Assembly: GCA_964574965.1 (NCBI GenBank)
Contig: CAZNPR010000001.1
Span: 5,656 to 69,655, forward strand
Reading direction: 5' to 3'
Origin: an uncultured Syntrophomonas sp.
GTDB taxonomy: Bacteria > Bacillota > Syntrophomonadia > Syntrophomonadales > Syntrophomonadaceae
Length of the DNA stretch: 64,000 nt
The notes beneath the pieces were generated by a model that had not been told where the DNA came from, searched no databases, and saw nothing but the letters and a program-made list of their open reading frames with translations. Shown in pieces: positions 9,411 to 19,237 of the stretch. Position 1 is the first letter of the stretch; the number at the start of each line of letters is the position of its first letter. Made by a program: the position numbers and the translations under genes.

Positions 9411-9474
9411 CCAGCCATTATTTACAAAAAAACCCTGTTTATCGCGTCATAGGAAGTACAGCATTTATGTTGAT

Positions 9475-10764
9475 TTATCTCCCTGTAACCTGATCCAGCA
9501 GATTCCAGAACTCCGGGAAGGAAATATTCACTGCCTCGGCATTACGGATAGTGGTTTCCCCCTCACAAATTTGCGCAGCTACTGCCAGGCTCATAGCAAT
9601 GCGATGATCACCCCGGCTGTTTACAATGCCTCCTTTAAAAAGTTCCCGGCTGCCTGTTACGCTGAATCCGTCAGTATTTTCCTTTATCTGCACCCCTAGA
9701 CCGGCCAGTTCTTCTACGATAGCTCTAATTCGGTCAGTTTCTTTAACCCGTAATTCCTCTGCATTTTTTACCACGGAAGTACCTTGAGCCGCCGCCATTG
9801 CCACAGCCAGTACCGGCAATTCATCAATGAGGCGTGGTATCATTTTCCCTTCGATCGTTATGCCTTTCAGGTCAGCACTTCTCACCAGGATATCAGCCAC
9901 CACTTCTCCGCCGAAAACTCTTTGGTTTTCAATTTTAAAGCTGGCCCCCATCCCTTCCAACACAGCCAGGATCCCATCCCGGGTCGGATTGATCCCAACA
10001 TCCCTGATGAAAAGTTCCGAACCAGGCACAATAGAAGCCAGGACCAGGAGGAAGGCTGCCGAGGATATATCACCAGGCACTAAAAAATCCTGGGCTGATA
10101 ATTCCCGGCCAGGCACCAGTTTGATTTCTCCCTCATCGATGGACAGATCCGCCCCCATTGCTGCCAGCATTCTTTCACTATGATCCCGGGTGGGAATTTT
10201 CTCCCTGATCAAAGTATCTCCCTTAGCTGTAAGGCCGGCCAATAAAATGGCTGATTTGACCTGGGCACTGGCTACGTCTGGTATATAGCTGATCCCTTTA
10301 AGAGACTTTCCGTTGATGGCTAAAGGAGGATATTTATTTCCGGCTCGCCCGATTATTTCAGCCCCCATCAATTGAAGCGGTTCGATGACCCGGCTCATGG
10401 GCCTGCGGGAAAGGGAATCATCCCCGGTTAAAACCGCAAAGAAATCCTGCCCGGAAAGCAGCCCGCTTAAAAGCCGCATAGTCGTACCTGAATTACCACA
10501 GTCCAGTACTGCTTCCGGCTCTTTAAGCCCGTGCAGTCCCTTGCCGTTTGCCACCAGAAAATCATCCTGCTGCTTAATATCTATTCCTAGCTGCGTCATA
10601 CATCTGAAGGTGGAATTTATATCTTCTGCCTGTAATATATTTCTGATCCGGCTTTCCCCTTGCGCCAAAGAAGCCAGGATCAAAGTACGATGCGAAATTG
10701 ATTTGTCAGCACTGACAGTGATATCTCCTTTTATGTTTTTAGCTTTTTTAAGCGTTATATCCAT
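9475..10764 (-). CDS. aroA: 3-phosphoshikimate 1-carboxyvinyltransferase (EPSP synthase)
   Basis: KSISHR, LDCGNSGTTMRLL and RVKETDR motifs. ATG at 10762-10764 lies 6 nt after AAGGAGG. The track extends to 10800. Confidence 0.92.
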   Translation of the reverse strand: MDITLKKAKNIKGDITVSADKSISHRTLILASLAQGESRIRNILQAEDINSTFRCMTQLGIDIKQQDDFLVANGKGLHGLKEPEAVLDCGNSGTTMRLLSGLLSGQDFFAVLTGDDSLSRRPMSRVIEPLQLMGAEIIGRAGNKYPPLAINGKSLKGISYIPDVASAQVKSAILLAGLTAKGDTLIREKIPTRDHSERMLAAMGADLSIDEGEIKLVPGRELSAQDFLVPGDISSAAFLLVLASIVPGSELFIRDVGINPTRDGILAVLEGMGASFKIENQRVFGGEVVADILVRSADLKGITIEGKMIPRLIDELPVLAVAMAAAQGTSVVKNAEELRVKETDRIRAIVEELAGLGVQIKENTDGFSVTGSRELFKGGIVNSRGDHRIAMSLAVAAQICEGETTIRNAEAVNISFPEFWNLLDQVTGR

Positions 10765-10774
10765 AAGTTCCTCC

Positions 10775-11872
10775 TTATCGCACCCAGGCTTTGATGGCAT
10801 ATTCCTTTAAGGCCTCAACGGCCATACAGGCTTTCTCAAAAGAAGGAACACCAATCCTTATGGTACCGCCATCACCATCGCGTACGTGCAGAATTTCCAA
10901 ATCAACGATATTGATCTGTTTTGCTCCCAGAATATTTCCCAGTTTCCCAATGATACCTGGCTCATCCGGTACAATGCAGATCACATCCACAAAACCGGGC
11001 ATCAGTCCTTTCCGCATATGAGGTATTTGATTTCTTATTTCCTGTGCCCGCTTCAACTGCTGGTATAATTGCTCATGATGACCACCCGCCAGCATATCCC
11101 GGTAGTTGGCCAGGTTTTCAATTATTTCATTGAGCCCATCGATGATCGGTTTTTGATTGGAAAAAAGGATCTGCTGCCATAATGCAGGATCAGAGGAGGC
11201 GATACGGGTCGTATCCCGAAATCCACCTGCAGCCATGGCAAGCTTGTCGCTGTCACCATGGGTAAGGTCTACCAGGGCTGAAGCAACGATATGTGGTATA
11301 TGACTGATGGCTGCCACGATTTCATCATGGCCCCCTGCTTCCATGATCAATATTTTGGCGCCAATGATACTTAGTATGTCGTTCAATTTAGCTGTTGCCT
11401 CTGGAGGGGTTCCAACTGATGGAGTAAGGACGTAAACTGCATTTTCAAACAAATATTTATCGGCGTTGATGATTCCCAAGGCTTCTCCTCCGGCCATGGG
11501 ATGACCGCCGATGGTGTAGATCTTCTCCGGCAGCCGGGTAAACCATTCCATGACCTGCTGTTTGGTACTGGCAGTATCAGTCAGAATGGTTCCAGGTCTT
11601 AAAATATCTTTGATTTCATCAATGATCCCCGGAAAGGTATTGACCGGTGTGCATAAAATAATAATATCGGCCTTTTCTGCCCCCGTTTTAAGGGTCGTAG
11701 TGTAATCAACTGCTCCTAATTCCAAAGCCTTCTCCAGCATTGCCTGATCCTGATCGACTCCGGCAATGTGGTTAACAGATGATGACCCTTTGAGCGCTAA
11801 TCCGATCGAACCGCCGATCAATCCTACCCCCACGATCAGGATATCCGGCTGCATCTTATTGTTCTCCGTCAT
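10775..11872 (-). CDS. tyrA: Prephenate dehydrogenase with C-terminal ACT-like domain
   Basis: Rossmann motif ILIVGVGLIGGS and GGHPMAG. An alternative start at ATG 11854 would avoid overlap with aroF. Confidence 0.88.
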   Translation of the reverse strand: MTENNKMQPDILIVGVGLIGGSIGLALKGSSSVNHIAGVDQDQAMLEKALELGAVDYTTTLKTGAEKADIIILCTPVNTFPGIIDEIKDILRPGTILTDTASTKQQVMEWFTRLPEKIYTIGGHPMAGGEALGIINADKYLFENAVYVLTPSVGTPPEATAKLNDILSIIGAKILIMEAGGHDEIVAAISHIPHIVASALVDLTHGDSDKLAMAAGGFRDTTRIASSDPALWQQILFSNQKPIIDGLNEIIENLANYRDMLAGGHHEQLYQQLKRAQEIRNQIPHMRKGLMPGFVDVICIVPDEPGIIGKLGNILGAKQINIVDLEILHVRDGDGGTIRIGVPSFEKACMAVEALKEYAIKAWVR

Positions 11873-12875
11873 TATTGAGCAGGGCGTGTAGTATTTTGAT
11901 TTTCCCTACCAATTTAGCGAAATTTTCAGGGGTCAGGGATTGCGGGCCATCAGATAAGGCTTCGCTGGGATTCTGATGTACTTCAATCATGATCCCATCC
12001 GCACCAGCACCGATGGCTGCCATTGACATAGGTTCAACCAGTTTCCATTTGCCGGTGCCATGACTGGGATCTACGATGACCGGCAAGTGAGTCAGATTTT
12101 TTATGACCGGCACAGCACTTAAATCCAGAGTGTTTCGTGTGTAATGCTCAAAGGAACGTATCCCCCGTTCACACATAATCACCTCCGGATTCCCGCTGGA
12201 AATAATGTATTCAGCAGCCATGATCCATTCTTCAATGGTAGCCGACGGGCCTCTTTTCAAGAGAATGGGGCGTTTTAGCCTGCCCAGTTCCCGCAGCAGG
12301 AAAAAGTTCTGCATATTACGGGCACCTACCTGCAATATATCTACAAAGGAAGCCACATCGTCGATTTGCCTTGGATCCATGATTTCCGTAACCACAGGCA
12401 TACCTGTTATCTGCCGTGCTTCCGCCAGTATTTCCAGTCCTTCCATTTCCATTCCCTGGAATGAATATGGCGAAGTACGAGGTTTGAAGGCTCCTCCCCG
12501 CAACATGGTCGCTCCTGCTTCTTTCACTGCCAGTGCCACCTCGATCAGTTTTGTCCGCCCCTCCACGGCACAGGGTCCGGCAATGATCTGTAACTGACCG
12601 CTGCCAAAGGACTGATCCCCTACTTTTATTACCGTGCGTTCCGGTTTAAATTGCCGCGAAGCCATTTTGAAAGGCTGAGCGATCGGCACTACTTTTTCGA
12701 CACCCGGCAAGGTTTCGACCAAATCCTGAGTTGCCTGGGTACGCTCGCCAATTGCTCCGATGATCGTCCTTTCGACCCCTTTGGATAAATGGACCTGGAA
12801 GCCTCTCTCTTTTAGTTTTTGGCCTACTTGTTCAATTTGCGCCTCAGTTGCCTGAGATTCCATTACAATGATCAT
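11856..12875 (-). CDS. aroF: 3-deoxy-7-phosphoheptulonate (DAHP) synthase, type I-beta with N-terminal regulatory domain
   Basis: MIIVMES... is colinear with Thermotoga-type DAHPS (MIVVLKP...). IAGPCAVE, KPRTSPYSFQG and VDPSH motifs present. Start set at ATG 12873-12875; the track TTG at 12992 has no SD. Confidence 0.9.
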   Translation of the reverse strand: MIIVMESQATEAQIEQVGQKLKERGFQVHLSKGVERTIIGAIGERTQATQDLVETLPGVEKVVPIAQPFKMASRQFKPERTVIKVGDQSFGSGQLQIIAGPCAVEGRTKLIEVALAVKEAGATMLRGGAFKPRTSPYSFQGMEMEGLEILAEARQITGMPVVTEIMDPRQIDDVASFVDILQVGARNMQNFFLLRELGRLKRPILLKRGPSATIEEWIMAAEYIISSGNPEVIMCERGIRSFEHYTRNTLDLSAVPVIKNLTHLPVIVDPSHGTGKWKLVEPMSMAAIGAGADGIMIEVHQNPSEALSDGPQSLTPENFAKLVGKIKILHALLNNDGEQ

Positions 12876-12908
12876 AAGAAACATCCCTTTCTGGGAAGAT
12901 GAGAAATA

Positions 12909-12941
12909 GAAAAAAGCCACGGAACATACTTGCGCCCATGG
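12909..12941 (-). terminator. Candidate leader terminator (attenuator) upstream of aroF
   Basis: Minus strand CCATGG-13 nt-CCGTGG (6 bp including one G-U) followed by CTTTTTTCTATTTC. It lies between the predicted promoter and the aroF start. The stem is short, so this is only a candidate. Confidence 0.45.
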
Positions 12942-12967
12942 ACTTATGGTCGTTTTTCCCCACCATC

Positions 12968-13011
12968 CTGCCGTACTGCTATTAGTAAACAATTTTCAAA
13001 CTACCGTACTA
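12968..13011 (-). repeat. Two copies of an 11-nt direct repeat YAGTACGGYAG in the aroF leader
   Basis: Minus strand TAGTACGGTAG (13011-13001) and CAGTACGGCAG (12978-12968), 33 nt start to start. The first copy begins at about the predicted transcription start. Confidence 0.7.
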
Positions 13012-13018
13012 CAATAAA

Positions 13019-13048
13019 AGAATATCATTTACAATTGATTGAATGCAA
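13019..13048 (-). promoter_or_regulatory. Candidate sigma-A promoter of the aroF-tyrA-aroA operon
   Basis: Minus strand TTGCAT, 18 nt, TATTCT, with TG at -15/-14 (TGATATTCT). Confidence 0.45.
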
Positions 13049-13160
13049 GAGCATACTGGTTTTTCCTATTTAACAAACTTTTTATCATAAGCAGATTCAA
13101 TTTGCAGGATATTTCGACATAAAATAGAAAGAATCAATATAATCAGAAAGGAGTGATTAC

Positions 13161-13646
13161 ATGACTGGTTCTGATGTTGGAGTATTTGCTGCGTTTGGGG
13201 CTCTGATGGGACTATTCTTCATAATCGGTATTGCAATGTATGTTTTGTTTTCTTTGGGCCTTTATACGCTGGCTAGCCGCCGCAATATTGAAAATGCCTG
13301 GCTGGCTTGGATCCCGGTGGCTCAATTCTACACAATGGGCGAATTGATCGGACCTGTTAAAATAGCAGATTATGACATCGACAAACCAGGTCTATACCTG
13401 TTGCTGGGCATGGTGGGATGCTGGGTACTGTCTCAGATACCTGTACTTGGCATAATATTCGCGATAGCTACAGCTGTTTTGAGTTTCGGTGCTTTTTATT
13501 ATTTATTCAAACGTTATACCACCGACACCACACCTATGCTTTATACCATCCTCGCTTTGGTGACTTTTGGCTTTCTTGGGGCTATTTTCGTGTTTATGAT
13601 CCGCAATAACGAAGACCTGAATAAAGACAGTTCCGCTGCAGTATAA
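13161..13646 (+). CDS. Hypothetical integral membrane protein
   Basis: 161 aa with four hydrophobic segments. ATG lies 8 nt after AAAGGAG. No family recognised. Confidence 0.6.
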   Translation: MTGSDVGVFAAFGALMGLFFIIGIAMYVLFSLGLYTLASRRNIENAWLAWIPVAQFYTMGELIGPVKIADYDIDKPGLYLLLGMVGCWVLSQIPVLGIIFAIATAVLSFGAFYYLFKRYTTDTTPMLYTILALVTFGFLGAIFVFMIRNNEDLNKDSSAAV

Positions 13647-13661
13647 ATCCAGTCATTTCAC

Positions 13662-13687
13662 AGCAGCTTCTATGGCTGCTTTTTTTA
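13662..13687. terminator. Terminator between convergent genes
   Basis: AGCAGC-TTCTATG-GCTGCT followed by TTTTTTT on the plus strand. Overlaps the stop of the minus-strand antiporter gene. Confidence 0.7.
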
Positions 13688-15640
13688 TCCTATTTGTTTT
13701 GCCGCCGCTCTTATTTGTTCGGCTTTTCCCATAATGATCAGTTGATCCCCAGTTTGTATGATACTATCAGCGCTGGGATTATACAGCGTATCGCTGTCTC
13801 TTTGTATGGCAAGGATCGTGATCCCCATACGATTCCGCATGTCGATTTCAGCCAAATTCCTGCCGGTAATAGATGATCCCTCCCCTACCCTGACATTCCA
13901 GATGTCGATTTCCGCAAGCGGATGTTCTTCTTCAGGTATGATGCGGGACAAACTGCGAAACATTTCATAATCCTCACTGCGTACTTCGTCAATAAACTTC
14001 TCAATTTCATTGACCGGTACCATATAACGTATCAGTACCCGGGCAAAGATTTCTATGGAAGTCTCATACTCCTCCGGAATGACTTCATTGGCTCCTAATT
14101 TGTGCAAATCTGACACATTGGTTACAAATCGGGTACGCACAATAATATGGACAGCCGGATTGAGCCTTTTTATAGTAGTAATGATTCTCCGGGTCGCCGC
14201 CGGGTCAGAGATCGCTATGACCACGACCCGGGCCGAATCGATTTTTACCTTTTGCAGCACTAAATCATGGGTGGCATCGCCGTATAGAATCGGTTGTCCG
14301 GCAGCTTGTTCTGAGCGAACCGTTTCCGAATTCAAGTCAACGATCACATATGGTATATCAGCGTTGGCAGCCGCGCGGGCCAAATTCCTGCCATTTAAGC
14401 CATAGCCTATAATAATCAAATGGTCATTGAGGATTACGTTGACTTCTTCCATCCCATCCGTTTCTTTACCTTTCCCAAAGGGAAATCTATTAGCAAGCGC
14501 AGCTATATTAGGAGATCCGGCTATAATAAATGGGGTCAGCATCATGGTCAGGATCGAAGCCGCTAAAAATCCCTGATATAATTCCTGGCTCAATATATTA
14601 TTATCAATGCCGACCTGCGAAAGAATAAAGGCAAACTCACCAATTTGCGCAAGACTAAGTCCGACCAGGATCGCAGTGCGAAGAGGATATCCAAGCAGTA
14701 ACGCAGTGATCAGGCATATGATAGCTTTGGTCACGATCACTAAGAGTGTCAGCATCAACACTTGCGGCAGGTTATGGGCAACTACTGACAAGTTTAACAG
14801 CATCCCGATTGAAACGAAAAATACACTGGTAAATGCATCAATGAAAGGTGTAACATTGGCCAAAGCCTGATGGCTGTATTCGGATTCCGCTATACTAAGG
14901 CCGGCTAAAAAGGCCCCCAGCGCCAATGATAGTCCAATACTGGAGGTAAGTTCAGCCACTGAAAAGCAGATAACGATTATACTGATCAGAAAAAGTTCCC
15001 GGCTCTGGGTACGTGTGATCTGGTATAGAATCGGCGGCACCACATATATGGAAAGCAGGATGACCAGAATAATGACACCCGCAGCTTTAAGCAGAATGAT
15101 CCCTACCGGATCGATCTGTGCCTGAGAATTCCCCAGCAGTGGAGCAAATAGCATCATGGCAACCACGATGATATCCTGGAAAATCAAAATTCCCAGGATA
15201 GTTTTACCATGGGGGCTATCCAATTCTGCGCGTTCTCCCAATTGCCGCAATACGATTGCTGTACTGCTTAAGGATACAAGGAAGCCTATAAATAACGCCT
15301 GATTAGCAGGCAAGCCACTTATTGAGACGATACCAAACGCAGCCGCGATAGTCAGGCCTACCTGCAGCGTCCCCCCCAGTAACACGGTTCTGCCTATTTT
15401 GATCAGGCTTTTGAAAGAAAACTCCAGGCCAATACTGAACATAAGTAAAATTACACCCAGCTCGGCGATGGTCTGTACCTGGTCTGGTGATTTGATCAGG
15501 GCTAATCCGTGCGGACCAGCAATCATTCCAGTGAGAAGAAATCCTACGATCGCAGAAATACCCAGGCGGTTAAAAACATATAATACTGCTACTGCAAGGG
15601 AAAATATCAATACTATATCCTGCAATAGATTAGCTTCCAT
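13685..15640 (-). CDS. CPA2-family monovalent cation:proton antiporter with TrkA-N and TrkA-C (RCK) domains
   Basis: About 390 aa of 12-13 TM Na+/H+ exchanger-like sequence, then IIIGYGLNGRNLA (Rossmann) and a C-terminal RCK_C-like segment. Confidence 0.85.
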   Translation of the reverse strand: MEANLLQDIVLIFSLAVAVLYVFNRLGISAIVGFLLTGMIAGPHGLALIKSPDQVQTIAELGVILLMFSIGLEFSFKSLIKIGRTVLLGGTLQVGLTIAAAFGIVSISGLPANQALFIGFLVSLSSTAIVLRQLGERAELDSPHGKTILGILIFQDIIVVAMMLFAPLLGNSQAQIDPVGIILLKAAGVIILVILLSIYVVPPILYQITRTQSRELFLISIIVICFSVAELTSSIGLSLALGAFLAGLSIAESEYSHQALANVTPFIDAFTSVFFVSIGMLLNLSVVAHNLPQVLMLTLLVIVTKAIICLITALLLGYPLRTAILVGLSLAQIGEFAFILSQVGIDNNILSQELYQGFLAASILTMMLTPFIIAGSPNIAALANRFPFGKGKETDGMEEVNVILNDHLIIIGYGLNGRNLARAAANADIPYVIVDLNSETVRSEQAAGQPILYGDATHDLVLQKVKIDSARVVVIAISDPAATRRIITTIKRLNPAVHIIVRTRFVTNVSDLHKLGANEVIPEEYETSIEIFARVLIRYMVPVNEIEKFIDEVRSEDYEMFRSLSRIIPEEEHPLAEIDIWNVRVGEGSSITGRNLAEIDMRNRMGITILAIQRDSDTLYNPSADSIIQTGDQLIIMGKAEQIRAAAKQIG

Positions 15641-15716
15641 GTTATAACCTCCATTTTTAAGTTAAAAATATATTGCCCCTTCATCCCCAATGTTTGGTTT
15701 AAACCCAAAAAAAGTG

Positions 15717-15758
15717 TAACACAAAAACAGGGGACCGTCCAAAACCGATCCCCTGTTT
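15717..15758 (-). terminator. Rho-independent terminator after the liv operon
   Basis: Minus strand AAACAGGGGA-14 nt-TCCCCTGTTT followed by TTGTG. Confidence 0.8.
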
Positions 15759-15772
15759 ATAATACGAAGAAG

Positions 15773-16480
15773 TTAGGCTTTCCCGAGATAGGCTAGTTTA
15801 ACTTCCTCTTTTTCAGCTAATTCCCGTCCCGGCCCTTCCAATACGATATGGCCGGTTTCCATCACATATCCGAAATCTGCTATCTTCAATGCCGCAGTGG
15901 CATTCTGTTCGATCAATAATATCGTCATGCCTTGATCATTGATATCCCTTATAATTTTAAAAACCTCTTTGACTAATAAAGGGGCCAAGCCTAGAGACGG
16001 TTCATCCATCATCAGCAGCCGGGGACGGGACATGATAGCCCGGCCAATAGCCAGCATCTGCTGTTCGCCGCCGGAAAGCGTCCCGGCAATTTGCTTTTCC
16101 CTTTCTTTTAAGCGGGGAAAACGCTCGAATATTTTATGGACGTCTTTTTGGATCTCCTGCTTGTCATTGCGTGCATAAGCTCCCATCAGCAAGTTTTCGT
16201 GAACTGTCAAATTAGCAAAGATCCGCCGTCCCTCAGGAATCAGCGTGATACCTTTCCTGGTTATGTCCACCGTTGACTTGCCGGTGATATCTTCTCCATT
16301 AAAAAGCACCCTGCCGGAAGCAGTTGGGACGATATTGCAGACTGCTCTGAGTGTAGTACTCTTGCCTGCCCCGTTGGCTCCAACTAAGGTAACGATTTTA
16401 TTCTCCGGTACTTCCAGGCTGATCCCTTTTAAAGCATGAATTCCGCCATAATAAACCTGTAAATCCTCGATTTTAAGCAT
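15773..16480 (-). CDS. livF: Branched-chain amino acid ABC transporter ATP-binding protein
   Basis: GANGAGKST Walker A, LSGGEQQ signature, LLMMDEPS Walker B. Confidence 0.9.
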   Translation of the reverse strand: MLKIEDLQVYYGGIHALKGISLEVPENKIVTLVGANGAGKSTTLRAVCNIVPTASGRVLFNGEDITGKSTVDITRKGITLIPEGRRIFANLTVHENLLMGAYARNDKQEIQKDVHKIFERFPRLKEREKQIAGTLSGGEQQMLAIGRAIMSRPRLLMMDEPSLGLAPLLVKEVFKIIRDINDQGMTILLIEQNATAALKIADFGYVMETGHIVLEGPGRELAEKEEVKLAYLGKA

Positions 16481-17252
16481 CCGTATCCACCGCTCCTAAA
16501 TAAGCCTCGATGACCTTCTGGTCACTTTGTATTTCCCGGGGGCTGCCTTCAGCAATATTGACTCCGTAATCAAGTACATAGATACGCTTACAGATCCCCA
16601 TGATTACTTCCATGTGATGTTCGATCATTAAGACTGTCAAGTTAAATTCCTCTTTGATCCTGGTTATAAACTCCATCAATTCCTGTGATTCATTTGGATT
16701 CATGCCGGCTGCCGGCTCATCCAGTAGCAATAGATCTGGTTCTGTTGCCAATGCTCTGACGATTTCCAGTCTTCTCTGTTTTCCATAAGGCAATGATGTC
16801 GCCATTTCATAAGCTACGTCATCTAACTGGACCTTTTTTAGCAGCTCCATGCATGTCTGGTAATGCTCTTGTCTTTCCCGGTTATATTTTGGCAAGCTCA
16901 GGATTGCCTCAACTATATTGGTATTTCGACGCAAATGCTTGGAAATCATTACATTTTCCAAAACCGTCATCGAGTTGAATAAGCGGATATTCTGAAAAGT
17001 CCTGGCGATTCCCATCTTGGTAATTTTTGCGGGATTTAAGCCGGTAATATTTTGGTTTCCAAAATAGATCTGTCCTTCCACGGGTTTATAAACACCGGTT
17101 ATCATATTGAATACCGTAGTTTTTCCGGCACCATTAGGACCTATCAAACCGATAATTTCATCGGGGTAGATTTGCATGTGCAAATCAGATACAGCCCTTA
17201 ACCCTCCAAACTCCATACTTATATGATCTGTGGTCAGAACTGCTTCCTTCAC
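16473..17252 (-). CDS. livG: Branched-chain amino acid ABC transporter ATP-binding protein
   Basis: GPNGAGKTT Walker A, LLLLDEPAAG Walker B, LivG-type C-terminus. Confidence 0.9.
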   Translation of the reverse strand: MKEAVLTTDHISMEFGGLRAVSDLHMQIYPDEIIGLIGPNGAGKTTVFNMITGVYKPVEGQIYFGNQNITGLNPAKITKMGIARTFQNIRLFNSMTVLENVMISKHLRRNTNIVEAILSLPKYNRERQEHYQTCMELLKKVQLDDVAYEMATSLPYGKQRRLEIVRALATEPDLLLLDEPAAGMNPNESQELMEFITRIKEEFNLTVLMIEHHMEVIMGICKRIYVLDYGVNIAEGSPREIQSDQKVIEAYLGAVDTDA

Positions 17253-18310
17253 ATTGAAGCCCCCCGTTTCTTGAAAGAATCAACTTTATTCAGGATAAAA
17301 TCCCAATTAAACTCTCTGGTTCCCATCAGCCCCTGACGATAATATAGAATTACCAGGAGCAAGCCAAGGGCAAAAATAACCATTCTCATCCCGGGAAGTC
17401 CTGGTATCTGGAGCAGCCCGAACAAATCGATAGGCTGTTCAACGACCCTGAGTACTTCCATCAAAATCGTAATGATGACGGCTGATATGACAGATCCGGT
17501 CAGGCTTCCCATTCCGCCCAGGACCACGATCAACAGGATCTGGAAGGTGAATGTGAACCGGAACATGGTCGGGTCAACTGACGTAATGAGAAAAGCCATC
17601 AAGGCACCGGCAATGCCGGCAAAAAAAGCGCCAATGGTAAAGGATAAGACTTTATGGCTGAAAATATTGATGCCCATTGCCTCTGCTGCAATTTCGTTGT
17701 CCCTGATCGCTTTGAAAGCATATCCCCAATTGCTGTTGATGATTTTTTTCAGGATTATGATCGTGATAATTGCAATCCCCCAATAGACCCACATACTTTT
17801 TACCGAAGGAATATTTTTTAAACCTAACGCACCATTGGTGATTGAAATGGTATTGGTGACAACGATACGTATGATCTCTGCAAAGCCCAGGGTAGCAATA
17901 GCCAGATAATCGTCCCGCAAACGCAAGGCAGGGATCCCAATCAAAAATCCGAAAATAGCAGCAACGATACCAGCAGCAATAATGGCCGGGAGTATTGGCC
18001 ATTGTACCTTTGCCAGTACTGGTACGATGGGTTCCATAAAATAGATGATCTCTTTGCTGGCCGGAGACATCGTAAGGATCGCGGCGACATAAGCTCCGAT
18101 ACACATGAAACCGGAATGGCCTAACGAAAACATGCCGGTAAAACCTAAAACCAGGTTCATACTGATGCCTAATATCGCAAATATTGCTGATAGATTGAGT
18201 ATTCTGATATAGAATGCTGACAGATTTCCCTGTCCCCACCATAATAAGATACAGATGATCAACAGAAGAGCGATATTCAGAATAAATTTAATATTTTTTC
18301 TGTCGTCCAT
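17249..18310 (-). CDS. livM: Branched-chain amino acid ABC transporter permease
   Basis: Polytopic permease in the LivH/LivM family, between livH and livG, with 4-nt overlaps. Confidence 0.88.
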   Translation of the reverse strand: MDDRKNIKFILNIALLLIICILLWWGQGNLSAFYIRILNLSAIFAILGISMNLVLGFTGMFSLGHSGFMCIGAYVAAILTMSPASKEIIYFMEPIVPVLAKVQWPILPAIIAAGIVAAIFGFLIGIPALRLRDDYLAIATLGFAEIIRIVVTNTISITNGALGLKNIPSVKSMWVYWGIAIITIIILKKIINSNWGYAFKAIRDNEIAAEAMGINIFSHKVLSFTIGAFFAGIAGALMAFLITSVDPTMFRFTFTFQILLIVVLGGMGSLTGSVISAVIITILMEVLRVVEQPIDLFGLLQIPGLPGMRMVIFALGLLLVILYYRQGLMGTREFNWDFILNKVDSFKKRGASM

Positions 18311-18313
18311 CAG

Positions 18314-19207
18314 CTACACCTTCTCTACTGCGTTCTCGCCCAGGATACCGCCAGGCCTGAACAGTAAAATCAAAATCAGTATAACGAAGGCAAAGGCGTC
18401 CCTGTAACCTGACAAACCAGGCAAAAAGGCCACGATCATTATTTCACAGATACCTAATACGAAACCGCCGATCATCGCACCTGGTATACTGCCTATCCCA
18501 CCCATTACTGCTGCGATAAAACACTTTATACCAGGGAATAATCCCATCAGCGGATCGACTTGCGGATACTGCATGCTCCACATTATACCTCCGACACCTG
18601 CCAGCGCAGAGCCAATTACGAAAGTAGTGCTGATAACTTTATTTACATCAACAGACATGAGGCTGGCAGTTTCAAAATCTCTTGATACAGCCCGCATTGC
18701 AACACCCATTTTGGTCCTTTTGACAATAAACATGACCAGTATCAGCAAAATAAAAGTAACGATTGGAATAAGTATGGTAAGCGACAGGAATGATATTTCT
18801 CCAACATTGATATTCCAAACCAACTGCTCGGGGCGGGGGAATGGTTTTGGCCGGGCGCCGATTACTACGATGGCTACATTTTGCAGTAGAAATGAGACAC
18901 CGATTGCTGATATCAGCACCGATATTCGCGGTGAATTTCTTAAAGGCCGATAAGCTACTTTTTCAATACTTACGCCCAGCAAGGTAGTCAATACAATGGC
19001 CAGAATAAAGGCCCAATACCAAGGCAAAGCAAATATCAGTATACCATAGAAAGCAATGTATGCAGCTACCATCAGCAGATCCGCATGAGCAAAATTGATA
19101 AGCCTGATGATGCCGTAGACCATGGTATACCCGATGGCGATCAATGCATACAGACTGCCCAAAGTAATGCTGTTGGCCACATTCTGGAGAAATATATCCA
19201 TGGACAA
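18314..19207 (-). CDS. livH: Branched-chain amino acid ABC transporter permease
   Basis: Polytopic permease starting ...LQNVANSITLGSLYALIAIGYTMVYG, typical of LivH. Confidence 0.88.
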   Translation of the reverse strand: MSMDIFLQNVANSITLGSLYALIAIGYTMVYGIIRLINFAHADLLMVAAYIAFYGILIFALPWYWAFILAIVLTTLLGVSIEKVAYRPLRNSPRISVLISAIGVSFLLQNVAIVVIGARPKPFPRPEQLVWNINVGEISFLSLTILIPIVTFILLILVMFIVKRTKMGVAMRAVSRDFETASLMSVDVNKVISTTFVIGSALAGVGGIMWSMQYPQVDPLMGLFPGIKCFIAAVMGGIGSIPGAMIGGFVLGICEIMIVAFLPGLSGYRDAFAFVILILILLFRPGGILGENAVEKV

Positions 19208-19237
19208 CTGCTACCACTTCCTTTACATAGATTAGTG

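Noticed and set aside
12876-12992. The ORF-track N-terminal extension of aroF (MFTNSSTAGWWGKTTISPWAQVCSVAFFYF...) is rich in Trp, Phe and Tyr. It spans the leader hairpin, so it could be taken for a ribosome-mediated attenuation leader peptide.
   Set aside because: It starts at a TTG with no SD sequence. It has no stop codon of its own and runs in frame straight into aroF. The FFYF simply translates the terminator U-tract. Coincidental reading of a structured leader is more likely.
12876-13160. A T-box riboswitch upstream of the aromatic amino-acid operon.
   Set aside because: The leader from the best promoter is only about 135 nt. I could not find the AGAGA/GNUGNA stem I elements or the conserved T-box sequence (AANNNGGGUGGUACCGCG); only GGAUGGUGGGG is present.
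17652-18242. A 196-aa Cys/His/Tyr-rich ORF in an alternative frame on the same strand as livM.
   Set aside because: It lies entirely inside a well-supported permease gene, has low-complexity composition and has no SD. It is an out-of-frame read-through artefact.
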